A stretch of DNA of 64,000 nucleotides, taken from Emiliania huxleyi CCMP1516 (Eukaryota). Shown one piece after another: positions 23,665 through 34,248 of this stretch. The position numbers and the translations under genes were made by a program. Within the stretch, counting starts at the first letter, position 1. Every line of letters begins with the position of its first letter. The stretch is from the NCBI RefSeq assembly GCF_000372725.1, contig NW_005201318.1:231016-295015 (forward strand), in the 5' to 3' direction. The notes beneath the pieces are model-generated. The model saw nothing but the letters and a program-made list of their open reading frames with translations, did not search any database and was not told the DNA's origin.

Positions 23665-24414
23665 ACGCCCGCGATTTCTTTCCCCACGCTCCTCCTTTGT
23701 ATCTGGCCACGTTCCGCTGACACGGCCCGGACGCGCGTATCTCGCTCGACGCCAACATCCTCCTATCCCCTTGACCAGCGCATTTGGCGCATAGTTCACA
23801 CTTTGTTCTTCTCCGATCGCACTCAACCCGACCCGGGCATGTATCAGTCCTCACCACCCTCAGACCGTGTAGGCGATGTGCGTGACTCTGTCCATCCTTC
23901 ATATGGACCATCATGACCCAGGTGATGTGTGTACAAGTCATTGTACGCACAGTTGGCATTGCATCGTCAATATTATCGCGTCGGTCCGAGTACGAGCTTC
24001 TCCGCTCCCGCTCCCGCGGCTGCTGCTTCGGGACGGCGCCGCGGATCGACTTCAACGGACCTCTGAGTGGGAGGTTCGGCCCGGGCCCGCCCTCCTGCGG
24101 CCAGGCTGGGTGCACCCGGTAGCTGTGGGCTGGGGACAGCCAAGTAGACCGGCGTCGGACCGCGATAGGCCCGATAGTGGGACCATTGTTGGAGCCCGGG
24201 ATATCGGGATGTGAGCCGTCTCCGGGCGTGTTTTGCGTGGTCACGTAGCTATGTCTCCACGTAGCCTGCGGCTTCTGTGAGTCAAACCACGCTTGTCAGG
24301 GATGGGTATGGCATGTGTTGCGAGGCTGGTGAGCTTTCTGGCCGTCAGATTCGGCTCTACCGTCCGGTGTGAAAGGATTGTTGGATCGGCTGGTTTATCA
24401 AGTAAATAGGAGAT

Positions 24415-26442
24415 ATGCTGGAACGGCCAAGTTCAGACATGTCCCATCGGAGCGAGGAGCGTCGCTGGCGTGATGAGCAACGGCGCGCCGAGTGCGGACG
24501 CGAAGAGTGGCGATGGCAGGGCGAGCGACGGCGGTCGCGATCACGCGATGAGCCGCGGCGGGATGAGCTGCGGCGGCGCGACGAGCGTTGGCAAGGCGAG
24601 CAATGGCCGCACCATGACGGGCGGCATGACGAGCGGCGCGGCTACAACGACTCTTGGTGCAGTGGTCGCGAGCAGCGAAGGCACGCTGAGCCACAATTGC
24701 CCGCTGAGCGATGGCACGACGCGCCATTGCGCGGCGAGCAACGGCCGCACCATGACGGGCGGCATGACGAGCGGCGCGGCTACGACGATCGGGGCAGAGG
24801 CGAGCGCGAGCGCGACTGGCACGATCGGCGCGATGACCGGCGCGAACGCGGCGAGGGGCAGCCTCAGCACAGCGGTCGCCGGGAGCGACCGCCGATGCGT
24901 GGTGCGGGATCGCGCGACGAGCGGCAGAGCTCTGCTGCCGGTGGTCAGCTCAACGCTAAGCAGCTCAGCAGCCACATCTCAAATGCTGGCAGCGCTGACG
25001 CATTGCTCGCGCTCTCTGCTGCCCACAGCGCGAGCTTGAACCACATCCACGCTGCGAACCTGTGGAACAAACTGGGCAAGCAGCGCGTCGAGCGGCGGCA
25101 CGAGGAGCGGCTTGAGCAGCTGGTGCAGCGCACGCTCGACCTCGTATCTTCGTGCGAGGCACGTAACCTGGCGAACATCGCTCACGGTGCGGCAAAGTGC
25201 GGCCTGCGAACGAGGGTGGTGCGTTCGCTGTACGCGGCGGTGGCGGAGGCGGCGGTGCGCGGCGGGCTGGATCGCTTCAACCCGCAGGACCTGGCCAACA
25301 CGGTGTGGGCGTATGCGACGGCGGGCGTGGCTGCGGACGCGCTGTACGCGGCGGTGGCGGAGGCGGCGGTGCGCGGCGGGCTGGCTGGCTTCAACCCGCA
25401 GGGGCTGGCCAACACGGCGTGGGCGTACGCGACGGCGGGCGTGGCTGCGGACGCGCTCTACGCGGCGGTGGCGGAGGCGGCGGTGCGGAGCGGGCTGGAT
25501 CGCTTCAAGCCGCAGAACCTGGCCAACACGGTGTGGGCGTATGCGACGGCGGGCGTGGCTGCGGACGCGCTGTATGCGGCGGTGGCGGAGGCGGCGGTGC
25601 GGAGCGGCCTGGTTGGCTTCAAGCCGCAGGACCTAGCCAACACGGTGTGGGCGTACGCGACGGCGGGCGTGGCTGCGGACGCGCTGTACGCGGCGGTGGC
25701 GGAGGAGGCGGTGCGCGGCGGGCTGGCTGGCTTCAAGCCACAGGAGCTGGCCAACACGGTGTGGGCGTATGCGACGGCGGGCGTGGCTGCGGACGCACTG
25801 TACGCGGCGGTGGCGGAGGCGGCGGTGCGCGGCGGGCTGGCTGGCTTCAAGCCGCAGGAGCTGGCCAACACGGCGTGGGCGTATGCAGCGGCAGACCATT
25901 ATCACCAGGCGCTGCTTGCCGACTGCGCCCGCGTGATCAGCGACTCGCTCGCGCGGGATCCGTCAAGGTGGAGCGAGGAGGGCCGCGTTCAGCTTCACCA
26001 GTGGCAGCTCTGGCTCTCTCTTGAGCGAGGCGAAGACGGCCAGCAGCATCTCCTCCCCGCCCCCCAGCGCCAGCTTTGCCGCGACGCTATGGTGGCGACC
26101 GTAGCTCGGCCGTCAGGTTTGCATCGCTCGGTAGCGGCTGCCCTTGCCGCCGTCCGCTCCGGCTTCGAGGAGGAGCATCTCGAGCCGCGCACCGGCTACT
26201 CGCTCGACCTGGCGCTGCCCTCGTCACGCATCGCGGTCGAGGTGGACGGCCCCTCTCACTTCCTGCTGCCCGACGGCCGGGGCGTGCGCAGACCCAATGG
26301 GCCGACGCTGCTCAAGCGGCGCCTCCTTGCGGCGGCTGGCTGGAGGGTGATCAGCGTTCCATTCTACGAGTGGGACGGCTTCGCGACGGCCAAGGAGCGG
26401 CAAACCTACCTGCAGGGGGCGGTCGCCCCGCTGTTGGGCTAG
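24415..26442 (+). CDS. RAP-domain protein with tandem ~38-aa OPR/FAST-like helical repeats and an R/D/E-rich N-terminus
   Basis: Six F(N/K)PQxLANT(V/A)WAYA repeats. C-terminal GYSLDLAL...IAVEVDGPSHF...TLLKRRLL...GWRVISVPFYEW is a RAP domain. Single ORF. Confidence 0.92.
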   Translation: MLERPSSDMSHRSEERRWRDEQRRAECGREEWRWQGERRRSRSRDEPRRDELRRRDERWQGEQWPHHDGRHDERRGYNDSWCSGREQRRHAEPQLPAERWHDAPLRGEQRPHHDGRHDERRGYDDRGRGERERDWHDRRDDRRERGEGQPQHSGRRERPPMRGAGSRDERQSSAAGGQLNAKQLSSHISNAGSADALLALSAAHSASLNHIHAANLWNKLGKQRVERRHEERLEQLVQRTLDLVSSCEARNLANIAHGAAKCGLRTRVVRSLYAAVAEAAVRGGLDRFNPQDLANTVWAYATAGVAADALYAAVAEAAVRGGLAGFNPQGLANTAWAYATAGVAADALYAAVAEAAVRSGLDRFKPQNLANTVWAYATAGVAADALYAAVAEAAVRSGLVGFKPQDLANTVWAYATAGVAADALYAAVAEEAVRGGLAGFKPQELANTVWAYATAGVAADALYAAVAEAAVRGGLAGFKPQELANTAWAYAAADHYHQALLADCARVISDSLARDPSRWSEEGRVQLHQWQLWLSLERGEDGQQHLLPAPQRQLCRDAMVATVARPSGLHRSVAAALAAVRSGFEEEHLEPRTGYSLDLALPSSRIAVEVDGPSHFLLPDGRGVRRPNGPTLLKRRLLAAAGWRVISVPFYEWDGFATAKERQTYLQGAVAPLLG

Positions 26443-26860
26443 TGCTTGGCGGGCGGCTCCGCGGTGTACCTGTGTTAGTCGGCCAGTCAGTGCGCGTCGC
26501 AGGAAGGGCGCTGGGAGCAACACGGAGCTCAGTTGGACGTTTTCAAGAGTAGCGTGTCAGAGTGAAATGGAACTAGCCTTGTGCACTGGCGGTGGCGCGT
26601 GTGCTACAAGAAATAACGCCTCTGTCTAAAAGAATTAACAAATCCCGACCTTCACAGCTCACGACCTTGAAGGGGTGGTGATCTATCGCGAACCGGCGGT
26701 TGGCGGGGGGCTCGCACACCAGGGTAGCAGGGTTGGGCGCGCGAAGAAAACACACACGGGGGTGCGTGTTTTTTGTGTTCAAAGTTCCGGTGCCCAGGTC
26801 CGGTGGCCTGACTGTGTTCCGCCCCGTCTATTCTACAGAGCGCCCGCCTCCACGCTCTGC

Positions 26861-28520
26861 CTACCTTCCCTCTCCCGCTCGCTGACGCTGTGTCCCGAGG
26901 TGGAGCGGCAGCCCCACCATCCCGCTCGCCTTGACCGCGTCGATCAGCGCCTGCGAGCCCGCAACCATGGCCGCGACTGACTTGCCTTCTCCGGGACGAA
27001 AGATGACCATCGAGCCACATATGCAGGCGGGGCACGCCTTTGGGAAGTCAAAGAGCGGTAAGTGGAGGTACTCCGCCTCACACCCGTCCACGCTCAGCGC
27101 CTACGGTACACGTCCGCCCGCGCCTCCCCGTGAGTGCGCAGCCCGCCCCGCCGCCTCGCGCTCCGCAGCAGCGGGCGAGCCTTGGCGAACGATGCCCAGT
27201 TGGTGACTGCACCGTATGTGCCACCCATCAGGTGCTCCGCGTTGGTCAGCTGTGCGGTGCGCGGCTCTGCGGCTCGTGTGTAAACGCCGCCGCGCCCCGT
27301 CACGCTCCTGCGGATCAGCGAGGGCGTCGCATAGTCGGGAGGCATGTATGTCATCAAGTCCTCGTAGTTGCCCGCGTCCGCCTCGCCGCACCCGGTGACC
27401 TGCGGTGAACGACGTGGCGGGCTCATCCTCATCCTCGAGAGTTTCCGCCGGCGTCCCGGCGGCGGCGCCACCTTGCCGCGAAAGTTGATGGCCATCATGG
27501 CGCACCGACACTTGAGCGCGCTGAGGAAGGCGGAGACGAGCACGTCATTTGTGCTGACAAAGGGAACCTGTGGTGGCACGACCGTCGTGCGCTGTCCGAA
27601 TACAGGGGGTCGCCCGCCACGGAGAGCGTCCGGCCGCCCCGAGCGTATCTCATCCGCCTCTCTCGCATCTCCTGCAGCCGCACCCCGTCGGCGATGGTGC
27701 CAAAAGAGTCTCCGCGCGTCTCCTCCGCCTTTCGAGCCGCGACCCATTCCTCGTCGACGTGGAAGCCAAGGTGGACGGTGGAGGGGAAGAGGGCGCCGCG
27801 CAGCTGGCCAAACAGGAAGCGCGCGAGGAAGCCGGGCGGGCACACCGCCATGGCGCTCTCCTCGCCGCCCGACGCCTGAAGGATCCGCGTGGGCAACTCC
27901 TGCTTGCGGACGGGGTTGAGCGCCTCGACAGCCGCACCGGCAGAGAGCATGGTGTGGAGGCGGTAAAAGCCGTGCCCGTCGAGGAGCGAGTGGTTCGCGC
28001 TGACGACCAGGGCAAACCGCCCATCCGGCTCGTCGGCGTCCGGGATTAGGCACACGCGCCACAGTCGCTCGCCCGTGCCGAGGGAAGCGTCGCTCGTCTT
28101 GCACACCACGGGGTCGACGATGCGCACCATCTCATCGTATGCTGCGCCGCTCGCGAGCAGAATGTCCGCTCGCACCTCAAAGCACGGCTTTGGCGACGGC
28201 TGGTGGTAGTATGCCTCCATCAGGCCCGAGTCGGGATCCCTCTCGAGCACCGAGGTGAGCCACGGGTTGGCGGCGACGATCTGGCGCACGCGCCGCGAGA
28301 GCGACGCCGCGGCGACATAGGGCGGGCCGCGGAAGAAGGTGACCGTGCTCGTGGCAGGGCTCATGCACAGCAACGGACCGCGCTCGCTCGGCAGCAGCGA
28401 CAGCTTGACGAGCGAGGCGAGCCGAGCCGCGAGCCGGCGTTGCCGGCGGCGGCGGAGGAGCAGCAAGAGGCCCACGACGGAGGCACCGACGATCAGAGCT
28501 CGAGTCGCGGACTTGGGCAT
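26861..28520 (-). CDS. Multi-exon CoA-dependent (HXXXD, BAHD/condensation-like) acyltransferase with N-terminal membrane anchor
   Basis: N-terminal TM segment, VVSANHSLLDGHG, FVSTNDVL, INFRGK, GNYE and VTNWASF. The final exon ends at 26861. Confidence 0.8.
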
Positions 28521-28694
28521 GGACTAGGCGGAGGACGCACTCGGGGCGCTAGCGGTTTTTTCAAGCACAATCCTCATTCACTCAGCGGTCCACTTACGCA
28601 AATGCTCCGAGGTCTCTTGGAGCAGAGCCCCGGCGAGGCCTCGAAAGAGCCCTCGAGAGGGGTACCCTGGGTGGGCGGGGCCTCTACTCGCCAG

Positions 28695-28845
28695 CGCATT
28701 CACAGCCTTGTTATGAGAAGAAACTACGTCCTATGGCGCTATTCACATAAACGCACAACCAACCCCGGGCCCGAAATCGCACAGAGACAGTCACGCAACT
28801 CGGGGTCCCAGGGAAGGCGAGCAAAAACCTTATCGCGCGCGCTAG
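28695..28845 (+). mobile_element. Intergenic copy of the dispersed element related to the introner-like family
   Basis: Near-identical to 29288-29410 and 52059-52173 (minus), partly to 55953-56005 and 58928-58962. Similar to intronic 36159-36275. Confidence 0.8.
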
Positions 28846-29287
28846 GCGCCGACTCGGAGGCCGCACCGGTCAGGCGCGCTGCCGGAGAGAGGGAGGCGGT
28901 CCGAGGGTGAATCGCCAGCTGCCGCGGCAGGCGGCTGAGCAGCAGAGCTCTGGCACCGGCGGGCGGCGGTGTGCCGCCGCCAGGGCAGCTTCAAGTCGCA
29001 TTGCGAAAAAAGATTTTTTTTTGGTTGATGCTACCCAAACTGCACTCCAAGCTCCAAGTGCACTGGGCTTACTGGGACTGTCCCAAAATCCTGCTCGTGC
29101 AGGTGGGGACCCTGTCCTCCTCCCACCGCTCGTTGGTTGTCTGTTTTCGTTCTTTCTTTTTACTACTGACCCGGGACTACTTTCTTTCTGCCGGGCGACG
29201 AGCTGCTGCTCGACCAGATCTCTCCAATCTCACGAAAAATCCAGGGAGCCTAAAGCGACTCCTGCGAGGCCACGGCGAGGCACCGAG

Positions 29288-29410
29288 GAAATACGTCCTA
29301 TGGTTCACATAAACGCACAACCCCGGGCCCGAAATCGCACAGAGTTCAGAGACAGTCACGCAACTCGGGGTCCCAGGGAAGGCGAGCAAAAACCTTATCG
29401 CGCGCGCTAG
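29288..29410 (+). mobile_element. Intergenic copy of the same dispersed element
   Basis: tacgtcctatgg-ttcacataaacgcacaaccccgggcccgaaatcgcac...gggtcccagggaaggcgagcaaaaaccttatcgcgcgcgctag. Confidence 0.8.
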
Positions 29411-29779
29411 ACACCATGGTTCACACAATCTGCTCTGCGATGGCCGTGTGTGAAGAACGACTGAGATACGCTGCTTCTGCTCGCAGGCCCTAGCCAATTC
29501 TTGGTGGTCCAAGTCACCTCGATCCTCGTCGAGGTCTGGGCCCGCGTCAAATAAATAAATAAAAAAGGACACCTCTCTCCTGTGAGGTGGGTAAAAAAGA
29601 ACAGGTCCCCGCCCTTGCGATCTTTGTGCAGGGTTCTTTTGTGGGTGTGGTCGGCGACTAGCCGGGGTCGTCCTCCCGATGGGGGACTAGCACTAGCCGT
29701 CTTCCACATGGATCATGGTCCCTCGGGTCCCTGCTGCTCCTAATCTCTTCGTTTGGCCTGTACACGTTATTCTTCCGAT

Positions 29780-29897
29780 TCTATATTCTTTTTCGATGCG
29801 ATTTTCAGCGATTTTCAGCAGGAATATGAAGAATATTTGAGAATATAGACCCTGTTTTGGACAAGAATACGGAAAGAGTACGGAAAAAGAATATAGA
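29780..29897. mobile_element. AT-rich MITE-like element with 15-bp inverted repeats
   Basis: tctatattctttttc (29780-29794) is the reverse complement of gaaaaagaatataga (29883-29897). Confidence 0.5.
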
Positions 29898-30429
29898 TAG
29901 TACTTGGCGAGAAAAACGTGTGCAGGCCAACTCTTCGTACATCCTCCTGCTGATCTCCGCAAAGTCCTGCTCCCTCCCTCGTCTCGCCCTGCGCGTCTGC
30001 TCCGCCTCACCGTCTTCTGCCCTGCGTCGTCTGGCGACGGGCCCGCGTCAGCTTGTTCTGCCCACAGCGCGTTCGCCGCCTTCCAGAGAATCTCGCCGAC
30101 CCCGAAAGAAGATCTTACACCGCCCTTCCTGGCAGCGAGCTCCCTCCGACCCACCCGCGCTAGGTCTCGGGTTTGACGCATGGGGTCACTCCCGCGAAAC
30201 TCGTGAACTAGCCGGGGCAGTCGGAGAAGGGGCAACTCCGTGCACTGACGGTCGGCCGTCAGAAACCACGCCTGCGTGGATCGCGTCACACCAATCCTCG
30301 CTACCCAACGCGGCCAAAGGATATCCACCTCGAGAATCTCGAGAAAAAGATCTCCGGCAACAACACTTCCGGGTTGGCACGGGACTGGCAGGAAAGAAGA
30401 GCCTGTGCCGTGTGTGTGTGTGGCCGACG

Positions 30430-30766
30430 TGCCGTGCTGGGCCTCGAGCCCAACGACGCGTGCACCCCTGCGGCGGCGGCCCAGTGGCTCCAGTTCGCCG
30501 AGTGGTACCAGTGGCCGCACGTCACCTACTTTGACTCGCCCCAGGAGCTGCACGCCAAGGTGGAGCAGCTTCTCCGCGACGAGAGCGCCCGGCGCACCAT
30601 CTCAGACGGCGCAAAGGCATTCTTCGCCGCCGAGCGAGAGCGGGCCGCGGGGCACGTGCGCGCGGCGCTCCAGAGGTCGCTGCGTGTGGCGCCCGCGCGG
30701 GCAGCCCCGAGGGAGCGAGAGGGCGTGCCGGGGTTTGCGATGATTTTGAGTCGCGCATGGGGGTGA
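30430..30766 (+). pseudogene. C-terminal fragment of a glycosyltransferase-like protein
   Basis: WLQFAEWYQWPHVTYFDSPQELHAKVEQLL resembles the C-terminal part of GT-B-like algal proteins. No intact upstream frame. Confidence 0.45.
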
Positions 30767-31503
30767 TTCGGCCGGATGATTATTCGGCGTGCGCACGCAC
30801 CGCATTCGCCCTTTCCGCCGCCGCCCTCCTGGCCCCCTCCTCCCCCACCAGGCCCTCTTCCGCCGCCCCCCTTTCCGCGGACCCCCCCCCGTCGCCCCCC
30901 CCCCCGCCGCCATCCCCCCCCGCCGGCCCCCTCTCCGCCGCCTCACTGCCCGCCGCCCCCCTCCCCTCCAGGGCTTGGACCCGAGCCGTGAGCGCCGTCA
31001 CTCTCGCCGAGTCGCTCGCGTCATCGATGAGCGCACGAAGGATCGCTACCGCCTCGCGGCTCGCTGCGCGCTCGTCACGCCACTGGGCTCGCATCATTTG
31101 AATCTCGCCACCGCATTGACTCGTGCGCCTCCGTCGACGAGGCCCGCAACGGACTCGGAAAATACCTGCGGCAACTCCGCCACTGCCGCCGCCAGCGCTC
31201 CGAGCCGGCAGCTCAGCTGGTTGAGGAGTCTGGTCGGAACGTCCGGGCTAGTGCCATTTCACTCTGACACGCTAATCTTGAAAACGTCTCCAACGGAGCT
31301 CCGTGTTGCTTCCAGCGCCCTCCCCCGCGCTCCATGCGGCCATGGCCGATGCTCCTAGTATGAGAGGTCATCTGGCTACCGCAAGAGCGACCCAACTCGT
31401 CGACATCGTCCGATGATGGTGCCGCAAAGTCAGCCTTCGGAGGCTATCGTGGGGTCGAGCCGGCAGTAGCCGTGACATGTGGTTCCACCACCCCTCGTAG
31501 GCT

Positions 31504-34248
31504 TTGCCTCTGATCGCCACCGTTCCCAGGCTGCCTAATGGGATGGAAAGGAAGGCTGGGCGAGCGTATAGAAGCGTGCTCGACCTTGTCGTGGCAACCT
31601 GCACGGCAGCGCTGGCGGGCGCGATGAGCGTCGTGCCACCTGACCCGACGCTGCCGATCGTTGCAAGCGAGGCGAGGCTAGAGCAGGGCAACTGCCTTAC
31701 GCAGCTACCCCAACGCTTCCCTGCACTTCACTACACCTCGATCAAGTACAGTGGGCCGGCTCGCGGACAAACGGGCCGGCTCGCAGACTTCATGATGAGG
31801 ATAGAGATGACGAAACAGCCAGCGATGTCGAGGCTCCTGCAGAAGTCCCTCAAATGCACCGCGTGCCAGCAGTGCAAGCCACGGATTGACTTCTCCGCTC
31901 TCGAGCTTAAAAAAGGGGCGGCGCGTCGGAAGTGCAGCGTCTGCGAGGTTGCACCAGTGTCGACGCACAACAATCGCGCCCTCGCCAAGCAGCTCCGCCT
32001 CTTCCACACCACCTTCCCCGAGGATGCCGCGGCGCTGCCGAGCGAGGTGCCGCCTCCGTCGAGCGACGGCCGCGCCGCGCTGGCCCGCGCCGTGCCGCCG
32101 CTCATCAGCCGCTGCTTCGCATCCGCCGGCGCCGTGCCGCCAGACAGTGGAGGACTCGAGTCGCTCGTGCGGCTGATGGTGTCGGGACGGGCGGGAAGGC
32201 TGGAGGGCGAGGGCCGCGTGCGGAGTCTTCTGAAGCCGTCTTGCGACCACGCCAAGAACGCGTCCGACTTCACGCTGGCGGCGCTGCTCGAGACGACGCG
32301 GCGGGTGCACGCCTTTGTCTCGGCCACGCTGCTGCCGGCCCTCGGCGACGGCGTCGACGTGCAGACGCTGACCGTGGCGCGGCTCGAGGGGTGCAACCTG
32401 CCGCCGGCGGAGGAGGGGTCGTTCGAGGCGCGGCTGCTCGAGCTGCTGCGGGCCGGCGTGCAGGACGCGCACGACACTCGCGCCCTCGCCAAGCAGCTCC
32501 GCCTCTTCCACACCACCTCCCCCGAGGATGCCGCGGCGCTGCACCTGCCGAGCGAGGTGCCGCCTCCGTCGAGCGACGGCCGCGCCGCGCTGGCCCGCGC
32601 CGTGCCGCCGCTCATCAGCCGCTGCTTCGCATCCGCCGGCGCCGTGCCGCCAGACAGTGGAGGACTCGAGTCGCTCGTGCGGCTGATGGTGTCGGGACGG
32701 GCGGGAAGGCTGGAGGGCGAGTGCCGCGTGCGGAATCTTCTGAGTCCGTCTTGCATCAACGCCAAGAGCGCGTCCGACTTCACGCTGGCGGCGCTGCTCG
32801 AGACGACGCGGCGGGTGCACGCCTTTGTCTCGGCCACGCTGCTGCCGGCCCTCGGCGACGGCGTCGACGTGCAGACGCTGACGGTGGCGCGGCTCGAGGG
32901 GTGCAACCTGCCGCCGGCGGAGGAGGGGTCGTTCGAGGCGCGGCTGCTCGAGCTGCTGCGGGCCGGCGTGCGCGAGCGAGAGGAGGACTCCAAACGGTGC
33001 AGGCAGCTCCAGGAGGCAGAGCTCAAGCAGTTCGCCGAGGCCGAGAAGCGGCAGGCTCGCGACGCGTCCCGGCACAGCCGCGCAGCCTCCGCAGCCGCAG
33101 CCGCAGAGGCCCAATCGCCGGGCTCCTGCCCCGAGGGCCCTCCTCCCCCCCTCCCGCCGCCGAGCTGGGTGGACAGCCTGGGCTCACTCATTCGGTTCTC
33201 CGAGTTGTCCGTGCCGATGGGACTGCCCGGCCAAACGGCCTTCCAGCAGAAGGGGCTCGCACCCTGCTGGACGCGCATCCTCGACCTTGACGGCGGGGCC
33301 AAGCCGGTCAAGGCGTGGGCCGATGAGATGCACTCCTTCGCAGCCCGGCTGCACAGCGCCGTCGCCGACAGGTCGATGCAAGCCGGCCCGTTCACCATCC
33401 ACCAGCACGGTGAGCATGGCCTTCGATGCGACGTGCTCACGCCCGGCGCGCCGACGAAGGCCTCGGGCGATAAGATCGCCTTTCTGCGAGCCTTCTGCCC
33501 GAGCGAGGCGGCCGTGTGGCAGCGCATGGACGAGGACGGGGCGGTTGCGCTCGAGCTCACCCTCGCGCCGACGCCGGCGCACGCGGATGTCGTGCGTGCG
33601 AGCATACAGCGCGGCGCCGGTGCGGGGCGCGTGCGGTGGCGCGCCGCGCAGCAGATGTGCGGCTCGTCGCGCCTCTCCTTCTTCGTGCGCCACGCCGCGG
33701 GCATGCACGCCTGCCCTCGCCGCGACGAGCTGCGGCTCGGGTCGCTGCTGCGAAGCGCGCCCGGGACGGCGATGCTCATGCTGCCGCACCAGTTCTGCTT
33801 CGAGGTGAAGGCGGGTGCGGACGGCGACCCCCCCAAGCGCGTCTCGCCGTACCCGATGCAGCTGCATGCGGGCGAGCCTGTTGACCCGACGGTGGTGTCG
33901 ACGTCGCCTGGCCTGGTCAAGATTGTTACCGCGCGCGAGCTGCCGTCCACAGCGTCGCTGGCGCAGAAGGCGATGGGCGACGTGGAGCGTGCGGCCAGCT
34001 GGGGGCTCGCGCTCCTGCAGATGGACGAGGCGACGCTCGCAGCGGCGTGGAGCACGCAGGCAGAGGCCGGCGCGGCGGGCGCGGCGTCGGCGAGCGGCGT
34101 GGCGGCGACGCAGCTCGCCGCCGAGCCGGCGTCGAAGGAGGACCAGGCGCAGCAGGGGCCGTCATCGGCGCCGCCGCTGCCAGCGGCGGCTCGAGATCCG
34201 GAGACGGAGCCGCCGACGGGCGGGAAGAGGCGGCGCATCTACGAGTAG
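31504..34248 (+). CDS. Hypothetical protein with N-terminal Cys zinc-finger-like motif and an internal ~490-bp duplication
   Basis: Long uninterrupted ORF with KCTACQQCK...RKCSVC. The duplication is 31974-32461 / 32478-32971. True start uncertain (possibly ~31792). Confidence 0.55.
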   Translation: MPLIATVPRLPNGMERKAGRAYRSVLDLVVATCTAALAGAMSVVPPDPTLPIVASEARLEQGNCLTQLPQRFPALHYTSIKYSGPARGQTGRLADFMMRIEMTKQPAMSRLLQKSLKCTACQQCKPRIDFSALELKKGAARRKCSVCEVAPVSTHNNRALAKQLRLFHTTFPEDAAALPSEVPPPSSDGRAALARAVPPLISRCFASAGAVPPDSGGLESLVRLMVSGRAGRLEGEGRVRSLLKPSCDHAKNASDFTLAALLETTRRVHAFVSATLLPALGDGVDVQTLTVARLEGCNLPPAEEGSFEARLLELLRAGVQDAHDTRALAKQLRLFHTTSPEDAAALHLPSEVPPPSSDGRAALARAVPPLISRCFASAGAVPPDSGGLESLVRLMVSGRAGRLEGECRVRNLLSPSCINAKSASDFTLAALLETTRRVHAFVSATLLPALGDGVDVQTLTVARLEGCNLPPAEEGSFEARLLELLRAGVREREEDSKRCRQLQEAELKQFAEAEKRQARDASRHSRAASAAAAAEAQSPGSCPEGPPPPLPPPSWVDSLGSLIRFSELSVPMGLPGQTAFQQKGLAPCWTRILDLDGGAKPVKAWADEMHSFAARLHSAVADRSMQAGPFTIHQHGEHGLRCDVLTPGAPTKASGDKIAFLRAFCPSEAAVWQRMDEDGAVALELTLAPTPAHADVVRASIQRGAGAGRVRWRAAQQMCGSSRLSFFVRHAAGMHACPRRDELRLGSLLRSAPGTAMLMLPHQFCFEVKAGADGDPPKRVSPYPMQLHAGEPVDPTVVSTSPGLVKIVTARELPSTASLAQKAMGDVERAASWGLALLQMDEATLAAAWSTQAEAGAAGAASASGVAATQLAAEPASKEDQAQQGPSSAPPLPAAARDPETEPPTGGKRRRIYE

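Noticed and set aside
28695..28845. Helitron assignment for the dispersed element (CTAG end)
   Set aside because: Insertion between A and T is not seen, and the intronic relatives have TSDs, which Helitrons do not make.
30780..31340. Minus-strand coiled-coil or gag-like ORF
   Set aside because: Interrupted, low-complexity and without diagnostic motifs.
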